A DNA stretch of 64,000 nt from Octopus sinensis (taxonomy: Eukaryota). Under the pieces are notes generated by a model, which saw only the letters and a program-made list of their open reading frames with translations, was not told the DNA's origin and made no database searches. A program made the translations under genes and the position numbers. Location: assembly GCF_006345805.1 (NCBI RefSeq), contig NW_021833441.1:88963-152962 (forward strand), written 5' to 3'. Below, piece by piece: positions 1 to 14,800 of this stretch. The first letter of the stretch is position 1; each line of letters begins with the position of its first letter.

Positions 1-1050
1 AAAAGTAAGGTCTTTCTAGCATGGAAGATTATGCCCTTATCATTTGTACTGATTTCTATGAAGTCGCTGGCGAAGACGAGGGCTTTATCTAGCAGTTCTT
101 TAGAGATAGAGGCATAAAAATCAACAATAACGAATTGTGTAAACCTCGCTTTTTTCTTATTCTTAATTGCTTTAAACCAGTCTACGACTTCTATACTATT
201 GGACCATTGTACCAGCATAGTAGCGGTCTTAATTTTCGCATTTATTTGATCTAAAATTTCTTTACTAATAATCTCAAGTTCTGACTTAGCTGGGTTGATA
301 AGCCTACATTTAGGGTTGGAAAGGAAGTTATCTTTGTGGTCTTTAATTGTAATAAAGGCCTCTTTTGGGGGAAGGACTTCTATTTTTTTTTATCTAATTT
401 AAGTTTAGCGGCGATAACGCTAGCTTCTTTATTAATTTCATTATATGTCTGTGGTCTAGCCTTAGTGTAATTATTAATGATGCTGTTGTGTAAGAGTTGT
501 GAATATTTGCTGTTATCTACCAGGTATAAGTTCTTGGTTTTATCCGAAAAAAGAGCTTTTTTCTTGGAGCTTTTCATATGTTTTATATCTTTTTTCAATT
601 TATGCTGGAAATTGCTAAAAGACTTGCGAAATTTTATTTTATTCATAAGTTTCAGTAGGTCCGCTTCGAAATCTGCCAAGCCTTTAATCTTGGGAAGGAA
701 AGTTTTAGATTTTATACGATAGAAAGTATTTTCCATGGTGTCCATTTCTGTATTAAAAAAGAAAGCTTTCCATCTCATGCGCTTAATTAGATCAGTAATT
801 TTCTCTAAAAGTTTCTTTGAATAAAGTTCCCTTGATGGGATTGGTATGTTTTTCATGGAATAATCTATGTAATATGCGTCCATATTAAATTCTTCTGTGT
901 GTAAGAGTCCTCAACCGATGTTAGGCGATAATCCCCAAAAAAGCCGTATTAGCTCTTAGTGAAGAAAGCGTCGTCCGGGAGGTAATTTATTGGTAAAAAC
1001 GGTAAGATAACAAAAGAAAGAAAGAGACCTCAATATTATGTAAATAGAGG
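1..1050 (-). mobile_element. Penelope-like retroelement (Naiad-like), 5' part, frameshifted
   Basis: ORF 380..883 contains KNIPIPS...KRMRWKAFFF; the downstream frame has ITIKDHKDNFLSNPKCRLINPAKSEL and the RT IVDFY motif. Confidence 0.8.
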
Positions 1051-1054
1051 AAAT

Positions 1055-1312
<258 letters not shown>

Positions 1313-1617
1313 TTAAAGATATTCAACGTTGAGAAAGATGGTGTTTTGCAACGCAGGACTTGATTAGCTTAATGTTATAGCGTTGCTATATATATACAGT
1401 TCTCTCTGTATTTTTATGTTTTTGTTTACTCCTTTATAATAATATACTGATAAAACACTTAAACATTTAATTGAAAGTTTGAATTTGTATATTGTGTGTC
1501 ACAAGTACAACATTCTTTATTATTGTGATATTTAAAGCGTACGATAAAAACAGGAGTGGAATGTTTGGAACAAAAATAAACAAAATTTGAATAAAAGTGA
1601 TAAAAGATTTTGCTTAC

Positions 1618-1667
1618 CCACAATATTCAATTGTGAAGGTTCCCGTCGTGGTTAACTCACGTTCCAT
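1618..1667 (-). CDS. Exon (MERELTTTGTFTIEYCG)
   Basis: 50 nt, acceptor ctcttgcAG, donor GTaagc; phase 0 in. The gene continues beyond this exon. Confidence 0.78.
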
Positions 1668-1746
1668 CTGCAAGAGTCGTATATATATATATAATATATA
1701 CTTACATACAAATACACACACACACACACATACATATATATATATA

Positions 1747-1825
<79 letters not shown>

Positions 1826-2230
1826 GAGGGTAAAATTAATTAGTTATTAATCAATTTCACCAAGTATTCAGTATGCAAAGGGACCATTTAAGGCGAATTC
1901 AAAATATTACATTGTATAAAAGGGCTTAGTAAAATAAATTACTTTGCCACATACTGAACTCATTAGAAATAGAAGCCAAAAAAAAGATCTTTTAGCCATT
2001 TCTAATACTTAAAGAAAATTTCTCTCAGATAGTGTTTACTCAAAATAACCCACGAAGGTATGGGGGTAAAAACATTAAAAAATCACAAGTGCAAAGATTA
2101 TTTGAAAACGTACGTTTCTAGATCAGCCAAATACAATTCGACATTTCTTTTTTTTTTGGCTGCTATTTCTAATGAGTTCAGTATGTGGCAAAGTAATTTA
2201 TTTTACTAAGCCCTTTTATACAATATATAT

Positions 2231-2272
<42 letters not shown>

Positions 2273-3531
2273 ATATACATGTGTGTGTGTGTATGTGTGT
2301 GTGTAAACACAAAGCCAGTCAATAATGATGTGGCGTTTTATTTACTGTCAGTCAGAATCGGAGATAATATAACGGAATATAAAAATGATGTATTCCGACT
2401 AAAGATAAGATGGTGGATAGAATAGTCTTTTTATTGACCAGCACAAATATCACATTCAGTGAGATTAACAGTTTCACCTATCACTAAATGGAGTTGATTG
2501 TTTGAATTTCATGAAATACAAGTTATTCTTATTCTCTTACTACCGTCTACTTCATGTTCATGTCTCAGCATATTTACAGGTCAATATAAAAGTCCGTATA
2601 TACTTACATACGTACAAATTATGTACATATCGGTTATATTAGATAGCCCATGTTCAATTTCTACCAACTTAGGCCTGATGTGGAGGCCGTGAATTTGAGT
2701 TTGGTTTGATGAGCCTACTCTGACAAATTGGTTCTAACTGGCTTGGCAGAGGGGTACAATTTTTTATACTCTTACCCAGGAGTAGTTAAAGTGATTAAGT
2801 CAATACACACACGCACATACAGCCATTACTTATTTTATTGATCCCGAAAGGACGAAAGGCAGAGTCAGCCTCGGTCGAATTTGAACTCAAAACGTAAAGA
2901 CGTACGCAATACCGCTAAACATTTTGTCCGGCGTGCCCACGACTCTTCTAGCTCACCGAGAATATATAGTGAGTCAAAATAATAAAAATACCAACGCCAT
3001 AAATACTGGATCTGTATATATATATATATATATTATAGGCGCAGGAGTGGCTGTGTTGTAAGTAGCTTGTTTACCAACCACATGGTTCCGGGTTCAGTCC
3101 CACTGCGTGTCACCTTGGGCAAGTGCCTTCTACTATAGCCTCGGGCCGACGAAGGCCTTGTGAGTGGATTGTAGACGGAAACTAAAAGAGCCCGTCGTAT
3201 ATATGTATAATATATCTATATATATATATATATATATAGTTTGTGTGTTGTGTGTGGGTTGTTTGTGTGTTTGGTTGTCCCCTAGCATTGCTTGACAACC
3301 GATGCTGGTGTGTATGTCCCCGTCACTTAGCGGTTCGGCAAAAGAGACCGATAGAATAAGTACTGGGCTTACATAAGAATAAGTCCCGGGTTCGAGTTGC
3401 TCGATTAAAGCGGTGCCCAGCATGGCCGCGGTCAAATGACTGAACAAGTAAAAGGGTAAAGAGTAAAAGAGTATATTTATATAATATACATATAATATAA
3501 TATACATACATATATATATACATATATTATA

Positions 3532-3569
<38 letters not shown>

Positions 3570-6500
3570 TATGTATGTGTATTTAACATGTATTTATATA
3601 TTTATGTATTTATGTGTTTGAGTGGATCAGGCGAAACTTCAAGTAGCTGTTGTGTTAACGAAATCAATATTTACTAAAGATATTGAACCCCTTATTTGTT
3701 TGATGCTTTCCTTTTCTTCTGTAAGCGTGTGTGTGTGTGCGGGGCGGCGTGTGTGTGCGTGTGCGCGTGCTTATATGCGCAGAAAGAAAGAGACAGAAAG
3801 GAAAAGAGGGAGAACAAATATCTACTCACAGCTTTTGATAAGTTCTCAGCAGAGATTTTATATTCGCTGAACTTTTTCAAAGTCAAATGGAATACGAAGA
3901 AATTGGTCCAGTCTATGGAAGGATAAAGAAGATAATCATTGCCTTTATAAATGAGGCACACATCAAAGATTCGCACAAACCGACATACGTAGATAAATAT
4001 ACAATCTGCATAATCACATATACACTCAAAAATACATACATACATATACACATACATACATATACATACATATATGTTTGTGGGGTGTGTATAATTAACG
4101 AGAGAAACTGAAAGTGGACTTCTTCAAAAGTATTTTTATCGGCTGATAAATTGGAGACGCTCCTGCCGAATGTCGTTAACTAGTTGTTCAATGGCTGCTG
4201 GTTGATGGTTGGAGCCTATGTCGATATAGAAGCTTCCTCATTTGGTTTGTGGTAGGGTTTAAATTTGGTTGTATTAAGGTTCATGTTATAACTAGGAAGT
4301 TGACTTCTTTAAGGTCGGTACTAACTGTGGTTCTTAAAATTGGCGTAATGTTTTGCATAAGGTTTTCCTTATCCTATCCATAATGTGTCCGTTTTTATTG
4401 TCTACCACTTCCAGGCCATCGTCCCTATATAAACCTATGTTGGCTTCTTTTATCTCTTTTCCAAGGATATTTAGGATATAGAGGCCTAAAAGCTCAGCCA
4501 TTATAGCTCCATATTGCCATTTCAAATAGATCGTACTTATCCTTTTTTTACCCAATAGGAATTATCATGAAAAAGTAATAACTTCCTTACGTCATAATTA
4601 TATCTACATCAGTGTTTGTTATGATAATATATGCCTTACTATATTCAAGTGTCTTTTGACGAACGCTTTAGGAGATCGAAGGGTAAAACTCTACGAGTGG
4701 TAAATCTCATTTGACATCGGCTTCAGCCACCCTCCAGTAGTCATTAAACAACTAGTTAACAACATTAGCAGGCGCGTCTCCAATTTATTCTCCGATAAAG
4801 ATACTTTTGAAAGACCACAAGTTTAGTTTCCCATACTGAACCCCCCCACACCACCACCACTATACTGCTGCATTAGAAAGGTCCAAATTCAATAATAACA
4901 TAAACTACATTGAACCAAATATACATAGACCATGAAGGCGCAGACAGAGGAATCTCTTAGGATCTAATCCCCCTTATAGCAGAGTTATGAAATTCTTCAT
5001 ACAGTGTTATGAAATTCTTCAAATTAATAGACAATCCATTCTTGTATTCACACAACTACCACAAGACCTTCAAAAGAAAAATTGTTAAACTCAGCCTTAG
5101 TTGTTTCCCTAATATAGGGTCAATAATACTCCACCACAATAAAAATACACACGCCTGAAATATTCCCGAAAGACAATGTAATGGTAGATATCCAGATCGC
5201 TGTCCTTTAAGAAACAACTGTCAGGAAAAAAAAAATATATATATACAAGACCAAAATCATGGATCCCAATGAAGTAACAAAGACGCATATTGGAGTGACG
5301 GGCAATTCGTTGAAGGAAAGATATATTCAACACTTGGCCTCATTTAGGGACAAAAATAAAAGACATGCAGCATTCTTTTCCAATTTGATATGGACATTGT
5401 AAGAAAGAAGAATAAGTAGTCCCCAGATAAGATAGAACATCATTGCTAAAGTCAGAAAATATAGAAAACACTAAAATACTAAATATCATACAATCAATAG
5501 ACTACACCCTAAATATTGGGGACGAAACCTTTTCTCTCTACATACACAAGCAATATCTCACACTTAGACACTTCAAAGAGGAACCACCACTCGCGCTGCT
5601 TAGCCAACAAGGATAGTTTCTTTTCCTGGACATGAAAATTGACTAAATACCACACAAGAACCCCGCAGCTAGAAGAAACATGTCCATATGACGAACTACC
5701 TCAGCACACACACATACTAACATCACATTTACCTAGAATACAATATAAGGTAAACAAATTTAACCTCCAGCATGACCGTTTTCCTCCAAAGTGAAATAAC
5801 CACTCAAATGTGCCACCCAAGAGTAGCACACCTTGATTTATTATTTTCTTTACGAGATTTTCTTCGAATTCACGAGAGTTTGTGTTGAACACTATTCCTC
5901 CATGTGATCAACTTGAAAAATTGTTAAAATAATAAGATATTGTCCTTAACATGAAACTAATGGTAGTTTTAATACGCAAATAAAGAATTCTAACCCCCAA
6001 TGGGGTGTTGAGCACTCATTCTCGTCGTTCGCAATATATATATATATATATATCTACATACATACACACAAATATGTATGTATGCACGGTCGCATGGGTG
6101 TACACATATATACACACATGCAAACACATATACATACAACAAAATATCTTCCCATATAACTATCATACTATGTTCTTATTAACTATTAATCTGTAACAAA
6201 TCAGGTTTAGTTATCTTAGGCAATAAATAAGACTTACCAAGGAAATCATTCTTGTTACATAAGTTTCCGACGCAACAACCAACACAAGAAGTGCCATTGG
6301 TCCATTTATTGCAAGTAAGGGTATTGTTTCTCATAGCTTCAACACATTTTCTGTATGTGCTGCAGGACTTTTCAATCTTCATTGTAACACCGTTCATTGA
6401 CATTGCAAATCGGCATACTGGCTGTAATAATAGATATAAAAATGATGTACTACAACCATAACATTTACTACTATGACTACTGCTAACTACAGCAACAACA

Positions 6501-8949
6501 ACTCTAGAAATGTTTATCAAGCAACAAGGTTTAATCATTGCTTTAAAAATAGCATAAAGCAAGAAATGAAACCGAAAACAACTTGTCAAAGAATTGAAAA
6601 TTGACAACATAAGTAATTCTCTGTAAAATTTATGGTGATTTACGACTTATAATAAATAATGTTTTGAATACTTACATTATTCAAAGTTCTCTGATCACAT
6701 GTAGATATGACCATCGAGTCACGGTTCAAATCAAAACCACTTCACTCTGCCACCCACCATAAAACTTAAGATAGGTAAAATAATCCCAATAATTATGTAT
6801 CATTCCGCCAAAGTTTCCTCTGCATCGGGAATGCAAACGGGGATTTTTTTGATACAACATTTACGAAACATTTTGCGTACAAAACTCACCAGCAACAGCA
6901 AATCATACACCCGTACCCAAAGCTGATAATTAAATAAATTTATCAGATTGAACACCTCAGGCTTTGCAAATAAAACAGAAAATGCATAAATAGACACAAG
7001 AGAAATATGCTTTTATTTTGCAAGTATATTTTATGGTCACGAAACGAAAGTAGGATATATAAAATGTGGAGAGATCATAGCTAAGATCCAAATGTATCAT
7101 CGGACCTCACTAAACTTAATAAAATACATTCTGAAAATAAAAAATATCAGAAATTGAGAACATTTAAAGGGGAAAATGCACCACAAAATACAATTAATGA
7201 TTTCATACACCTAACAACGATAAAAGCAAAGGGAATGTAGTTCACGAAGTTAGTAATATATGTAGCCTTAATTTGAGCCTGAAACTCGGGTCTTTCAAAC
7301 TAGGAGAATTTTCAGAAATAAAAATGCAGATCTCTGAAACTGAGTTACGATGTCATGCACAAATAACCAATAGAAACTGCACATAATACCGGTAGCCTGG
7401 CGTCTTCAAAAAAGCCAATGAAGTCGGTGATTGGAAACGAATGAAGCTTTAAATAAGCTAAGTCAGTTTCAAGAAAACAGAAAGGTCTCAGAGCAGAACA
7501 GACAATGAAATAGAGAACAGAGTGCAGCCATGCACTTATATCAAACTCTATTCTCCTATATTCCCGTATATCAGTTAAGGTGAAGCATTGATCTGTGTCA
7601 TTACCAATGTACTGGAGTACAACTACGTGGTCAGACATACGCCTGGCAATTTCAAATCGTGTTTTAGCTGCGTTTTAAACGTATTGCTTGTGTCTTTTCC
7701 ACTTGAAATAATACTAAATTATGTTCTGAAGTGTTTGTTGTACTACTTGATGTGAGCGAAGATTTAATAAGCTTTCAATTTTTCATTAGTAGAGATATAT
7801 AATATTTCTCTGTTGTTGTACCTTTCAACCTCGTCTATCAGACAGTCTCTTTTGCTATAGAGACCAGACAAAGGATAACTGTCATTTGCTGCCTTAACTA
7901 ATTCATTGATCCGTATTTTGTAATCTTTGCGAACTGGCCACGTCCGACTTCTAACTACCCCCTCTAAGTCTAGCGACTCCAGATCATTCTACAAGGAACC
8001 TTGATCTCAAGTTGCCTCCTGGTCACGTACATTCATACATCCCACTCTAAGTACAGCTATGTTTATCATAAGTTCTTGTGTTCGATTCTTGGGCAGGGTT
8101 CAATGTTGTTTCCTTGCACTTCGTTTTAGTCTACTCAAGTAAAAATGGATCCCAGCTTAGTGTTTGTCATCTATTTCTCCCTTCAATCTTCAGATATTTG
8201 TTGTCCCATTGAGTCATGGATAAGAAGATCAATAAGGTGTTCATGTCTACATAGGCACCTACAACAATTAGCGAGTGACAGTTACGGATATATCTTAACG
8301 GAAAAGAAGAAAATAAGATCCTAGTTTACCTCTGCTCCTGGACAACTGGTTACAGATGACTCATTGCACGTCATCTTTGAACATGTTTGACACTGCAAAT
8401 TCCTTTGAAATAACGAGTAATCTACAGAATATAAGTAAATATCCATATTTTACGAACCAAATAGTGTGATGCATAGCAACAACAAGAAATATTTGCTTTC
8501 TGATGTAAAGAAATGTATATGTATTAGAGTTGGAATCAATACATGTTCGCTATATAAACCAAATTATTAACAAAAGCTATAAACCTATTTTTATATTCAT
8601 ATGGAAATGTTTAAATTATGTCACAAATTCAACTGAGAAAAGCATGGAAGCTACCTGTTGCCCTTTTGTTTTAGCATTCTGATCTCACAAAAACGTGAAA
8701 ACTGTGGAACAAGTCAAATAAAGGGATGAAATTCGAAAGTGGTAAGTGATGTTGCAGTGGGAACTCCCTTATAAAACCCGGGGATGTCATTTAAATTATG
8801 TTACAATGTTATATAGTATGTGAAAAATGCTATAATAGGTGAACTGAGCAACACAATATTTGAATAAATAGGAAACTTTATCACTGATATGGTGGTATTC
8901 CAAATATATGCAGGTTATATATATATATGAATGTATGTATGTATGTATG

Positions 8950-8981
<32 letters not shown>

Positions 8982-9266
8982 TGCATGTATGTATGTATGT
9001 GTGTGTGTATGTATGTATGCATGCATGCATGTGTGTATGTATGTGTGTATGTATGTGTGTATGTATGTATGTCTATGTATGTATGTATGTATGTATGTAT
9101 GTATGCATGCATGCATGTATGTGTGTGTATGTGTGTAAATATATATATATATCTATAAATGTAATATGTGACAATTATTCGGTAGCCATGATAAAACACC
9201 GAGTTTCGGATGTCGGGGTGGAAATTCACGCCGCCATCTCTTCAGTTATCCGGCCATCAGAAAGAA

Positions 9267-9304
<38 letters not shown>

Positions 9305-10484
9305 TATATATCACATACATATATATATATACACACACATGCGGTGTCATCGAAAAAGGTTTCCGTGCTTTTCAAAATGAAATAACTAAGTCTGTATTAA
9401 AGGAATTTTTCTGCGTAGACAATCTTCTTAAGAACCCCCCCCCTAAAAAGTCCATAGGAGTTAGATCAGAGATTCTAAGTGGCCACAGAATAGGACCATT
9501 CCTTCCAATCCAGCGGCCAGGAATCTGTTGTTGAGAACTTGTCGCACATTGTGGCTGTAGTGAGCCGGTGCTCCGTCCTGCTGGAAAATTACACTGATTC
9601 TCTTTTCTCTTTCAACGTCTGCAATTTGAGCTATTTGAGGGAACAGATAAATTTCTAGCATGTCCAAGTAACTAGCGCCTGTAATCGTGTTTTCTACGAA
9701 TATGAAAGGGCCAAGAGCACGATCCTGCAGGAGTCCACACCATACATGAAACTTGGGCGAATCACGGACGTACTGGAAAACTTCATGGGGTTATTTAGCT
9801 TCCCACATCTGACTGTTATATCGCTTAACACAACCATTTATGTGGAATGTTGCTTCATCACTAAATAAAAATTATGTTAAGATAACTATCATCGTCATCA
9901 ATTTCTCTCACCATCGTTACAGCAAATTTAGCGCTTTCAGGCCGATCAGTCTCCTTAAGTTTACGTCTCATTTGAATTCTGTAAGCATTCAGTCTTAGAC
10001 CGTTTTGAATTGTTGTTTTAGACATACGAAACTCCAAACTGCGTCGATTGATGGACTTCTTAAGACAAGGCAAACATAACAGTCTCAAACGCTCCACACA
10101 CTTTTCCAGCGTGCGAGGCCTGCCTGGAGATTTCTTAATATTTACATTTCCAGTTTCTTAAACCTGGTTAAACCAACGAACAGTGGTTTTGTCTATAGGG
10201 GAATCTTGTCCGTAAGTACGCCTAAAACGACGTTGCACTAAAACAACGGACTTAAACTCAGCGTACCACAACACATACTGCACTTTCTGCTGTAGAGTCG
10301 CCATGATTGCCGTGGAGAGACTGTCCAGACGCTCGCTAGTGAAATAGTGATTTGAAGGACAACGCAGTGGCAAATATCAAAACACCTACAGTTGTTATAC
10401 AGTCGAATGTTGATTTCATACGGATCGCTGGCTTATAGCTTGAGTAATTGACAACTAAAATCGCGGAAACCTTTATCGATGACC

Positions 10485-10528
<44 letters not shown>

Positions 10529-11659
10529 GGTCATCGATAAGGTTTCCGCGATATATATATTATATATTAAAGATACTCATCTTTATATCGCTGGTTTAGC
10601 TTATAATTGCTAAAATCGCGGAAACCGTTATCGATGACATATTTCTTGTATATATATATATATATATTATATATACGGTCATCGATAAAGGTTTCCGCGA
10701 TTTTGTTGTCCATTACTCAAGCTAAAGCCAGCGATGTTATAAAGATAGAGTATCTTTATATATTATTATATATTAGATATATATATATACATATTTATAA
10801 TATATAAAGATACTCTATCTTTTTCCCCCTCTCATGTTTCTTCCATTTTCTCGCTCCCCTCTCTCACATTGCTTGTCCCTATCTTGTCCCCTACAAATCT
10901 CCCCTCCTTCCATGTGACTGGTGTTCGGCCAGCCATGAATCTTGCTTTCTTGGCCTGACTGCCGCGCCGCCAAGACTTCTTGTGTCCATCTCGTTGTCCC
11001 TGCTTTAGGCTTTCACTCATACACGCCAGCTCAATTTGAAGTTCTCAGTCGAAAGACACCCGTTGTTATTTCTGTTGTGTATCGCAATTCTATACCATGT
11101 TCTCCGTTTCTTTTGTTTTGTCTTTGTTGCCGTAGACATTCGCTATCTTTCTTACAATAGGGTTTAATGCTCTTAGCTGAGATTTTTGGGGCCAACCAAT
11201 CGAACAATCTCAAGTGCAACTGCCCAAAATGGTCGTGATTCTGGAACTTGACTGAGGAATGAAACCCACGAAGGCCCGTCTTTTTCTGCTGTCCTCCTAA
11301 TTGTTGTTCTCTTGTCCGCTTTGTGTCGTCCATCTGTCCGAATGTTTTAATGTCTTTTTTAGTTTTTGTTCCATTTATATATAATATATATATATATATT
11401 ATATATATATATATATAATATATATAATATATATTTGTATATATATGTATATATATATATAATATAATATATTTATATTTATATATATATTATATGTATA
11501 ATATAAAATATTATATATATAACATTATAATATATATATACACACATATATATATGCATATATATATACATATAAATATATGTATATATATATATATATT
11601 TATATATATATGTATATATAATATTAATATAATATAATATATATATATATATATAATAA

Positions 11660-11691
<32 letters not shown>

Positions 11692-11821
11692 ATGCATTAT
11701 TAATATAATATAATATAAATATATTATGTATATATATATATGTAATATATGTAATATATATATATACCTACACGCACAACACACACCACATATATTTACC
11801 TACATATATACATACACATAC

Positions 11822-11856
<35 letters not shown>

Positions 11857-14800
11857 CATATGTGCATGTCTCTGTCTACCTGTCTCTCTCTCTTTCTCTC
11901 TCTCTCTATATATATTTATATATATCTTCTTCATTGAAGACTTTTACCAACCTCATATATGCACACCAAACTTTCCGATCTGCATCGGTTAAACTATCTG
12001 TATAGTGGACAATTGGATCAACGACATCTTAGAGCATCATAGAACATCGAGTGATCCAACTTAGCAACGAGTCGACACTCACTCAATATTTCCACTTCAC
12101 CGACCACTCTGCGTAACGCCTCTCGGTTTTCGATTTAAACCTTCAACACCCGATTACCCATCTCTCATTTCTTTAGGGAAGAAGAGTATATATTTTGTGA
12201 AAACTTGTCCGCCTTTTGATTTAAATTCCCCCCTCACATTTTTCATCTACATTTCAACTCCCCACCATCTACTGTACCAATATATGCTTTACTTCTCTGC
12301 TTCGATTATTTTCTTTTTCCTGCTGCACCACACCCACTAACCCTCAGCCACACATTATTTGTCCCTGCTCCCATATTTACACTTTATACACACTTCACAT
12401 GCTAGCTCACAGTTTCTACATACATATCTCAATTCGGCAGCACAGTTAGTCTCTTCACACTTTATTACACCTCCCCACATCTTTCCCATTGGACATTCTA
12501 TCTTTGACACATACACACTGGTACATAGACTCATACACATTCAGTGTGAGCAGCTGAGACTGTGGGTGTTATCTAGCTATGTTGATCTTGGTATACCCCT
12601 ACATATCCTGCCAGTTTTAGTGGTAGATGCCTCAGGTACCTCCAGCATATGTCCTATCAGAAGCTACTGTCAATACACTTTCTGGCTGGACTCCCAAGTG
12701 TGATCAACTGAAACTGTTATCTAGCCATCTGTTCTTGGTCAGCCCCTAGATTTCCTGTCAATTTGCATGGGTTGAAGAATTGGTCTTGCGATTTTCTCGT
12801 GTGACATTCTAATCGCATGCCCGTATAACCTGAGAGGTAGTGCCTAAATGTAAAAAACGATCGACTCGATCTGGAGAGACTCTGTCATCTCCAAGGTACG
12901 CACTGGGTCGAGTAAAGTTACTCCAGAGATTCTTCGGAGAAATCCCATTTCAGCCGCTTCTATTTGCGATCAAACCCTTTCGGTCGTTAGCCAACATTTA
13001 TGACAATAGGTGAGGATCGGCACGAAAACCAAACTAAGGATAGCACGTTCCGCCGAGATTGACTTTGCCTTTCATCTTTCAGGGTCGATTAAATAAGTAC
13101 CAGTTACGCACTGGGATCGATATAATCGACTTAATCCGTTTGTCTGTCCTTGTTTGTCCTCTCTGTGTTTAGCCCTTGTGGGTAGTAAAGAAATATGTAT
13201 TCCGTCTGTCTTTACGTCCTGAGTTCAACTTCAAGTCAACTTTGCCTTTCATACTTTCGGGGTCGATAAATTAAGTACCAGTTGCGAACTGGGGTCAATC
13301 TAATCGACTGACCTCCCCCTCCCCCAAACTTTCGGGTCTTGTGCTTAGAGTAGAAAAGAATAAATCCACACACTGGTTCTATTTCACTTTATTATCCGTC
13401 CCTTTGTTAAAAATGTGTTAAAAAATTAACAAAACGAATGTTCGATGAAACGTTCGGCTAATCAATCAAACAGTTATGATTGTTAGAAACCTTTTGTTGC
13501 CATTCATGACCTCCTCAATGAGTATTTGAATGTTTCCGTTCTATACTTACATAGTTGTGAGTGAGAATGTACATGAGAGAGGAAGGGAGTTAGAAAGAGT
13601 GTCTGTGTGCATGTGTGTGTGTATGTGCGCACACATTCATGCATGTGTGCGCTGTCGTGTGTCTGTTTGTGTGTGTGTATGTGCGCCTGCGTGTGTTTGT
13701 GTGCCGATGACGGTTTGTGTGATATCATTGAATCTGTAAGTGCATTAGAGAGAAAATGTGAATGAAAAGCGTGCGAATGGTAAAACGTTTATTTCTCATA
13801 TCTTTGTCTATAGTTTCCCTTTCATAAGACATGATATTGTAAGCTCCAGAGAATAACCCGGATTTTTGTTCGTTTCAATAATAAAAGAAAAACAAGCAAG
13901 GAAAGTTTTCCTAACCTTTACATTGTGCATAATTCAGTATAGGGATTGTTGCGCCTGTAGCATCCTGACACTTGCCTCTGACAGTCACACTTCTGTTATA
14001 GACTTTTTTAATATGATTTACGAAGGCTGGTAGGTGACATCCACACGTCATAATCTTATTGTTTTCGAGGTTACTGTAATTATAAAAAGAACTCTAACTG
14101 AATGTGCTTCAGACGAACAGAGAAATTCCTGTTAGATTTGACAAGAAGCAAAGATTAGAAAATTCGAACAGGCGTATAAAAGTTATGACATTCATGGTTT
14201 TTTGCTTCCAAATTGTTAATAACATCAATAATTTGAAATGGTTTCTAGTGGAAAGTGAAAATATTTTACGCTTCTATTAATTTTTAGCTTACATATTGAA
14301 TAATAAGGTATCTTTAAATAAGAAGATTTCTATTCACTTAAAACGATACCATTTTATTGTGATTTAGGGACATTTTGGGGACGGAAATTTGGTAGTAGCG
14401 ACTTTGTGCCGCTCTCTCTGAGAAAAACTCATTTATATGGGAGGTTTTGGTGCTAAGAAGGTTGTGTTTATTCTGTGCGGCAAATATTTTTTAAGTCAGA
14501 GATGGACCAGTGCAGAAACTGAAAAATTACAGTGTTGTACTTCGTTAAGTTTCTGCGGCACAGACATGTATAGTAATGTGCTTATTTAACAAGGGAGAAT
14601 TTATATACATCTTTCGAAATATCAATTTAAATCTTTTCAGTTTTTCAAACAACACGGCAATAATGGTTTTAAATTTTGGCACAAGGCCGGCAATTTAGGG
14701 TAGGGGGTAAATAATGAAGTTACCTGAGAGGTAAAAGAAAAATTAAACAGGGCATAGCAGCAAAAGCTTGCCGCATAAAACGGTAGGAAAAACGGGAACG

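Noticed and set aside
3038-3110. tRNA-like sequence
   Set aside because: SINE head with Pol III boxes but no full cloverleaf; not a tRNA gene.
7230-7980. ORF 7345..7638 (MSDHVVVLQYIG) as a host exon
   Set aside because: Surrounded by stops and frameshifts with no compatible splice sites; probably a decayed DNA-transposon fragment that I cannot classify.
8796-9385. Long overlapping ORFs with MYVC/HTYI repeats, and similar YI, poly-L/I/F/E ORFs elsewhere
   Set aside because: Translations of stop-free microsatellites, not proteins.
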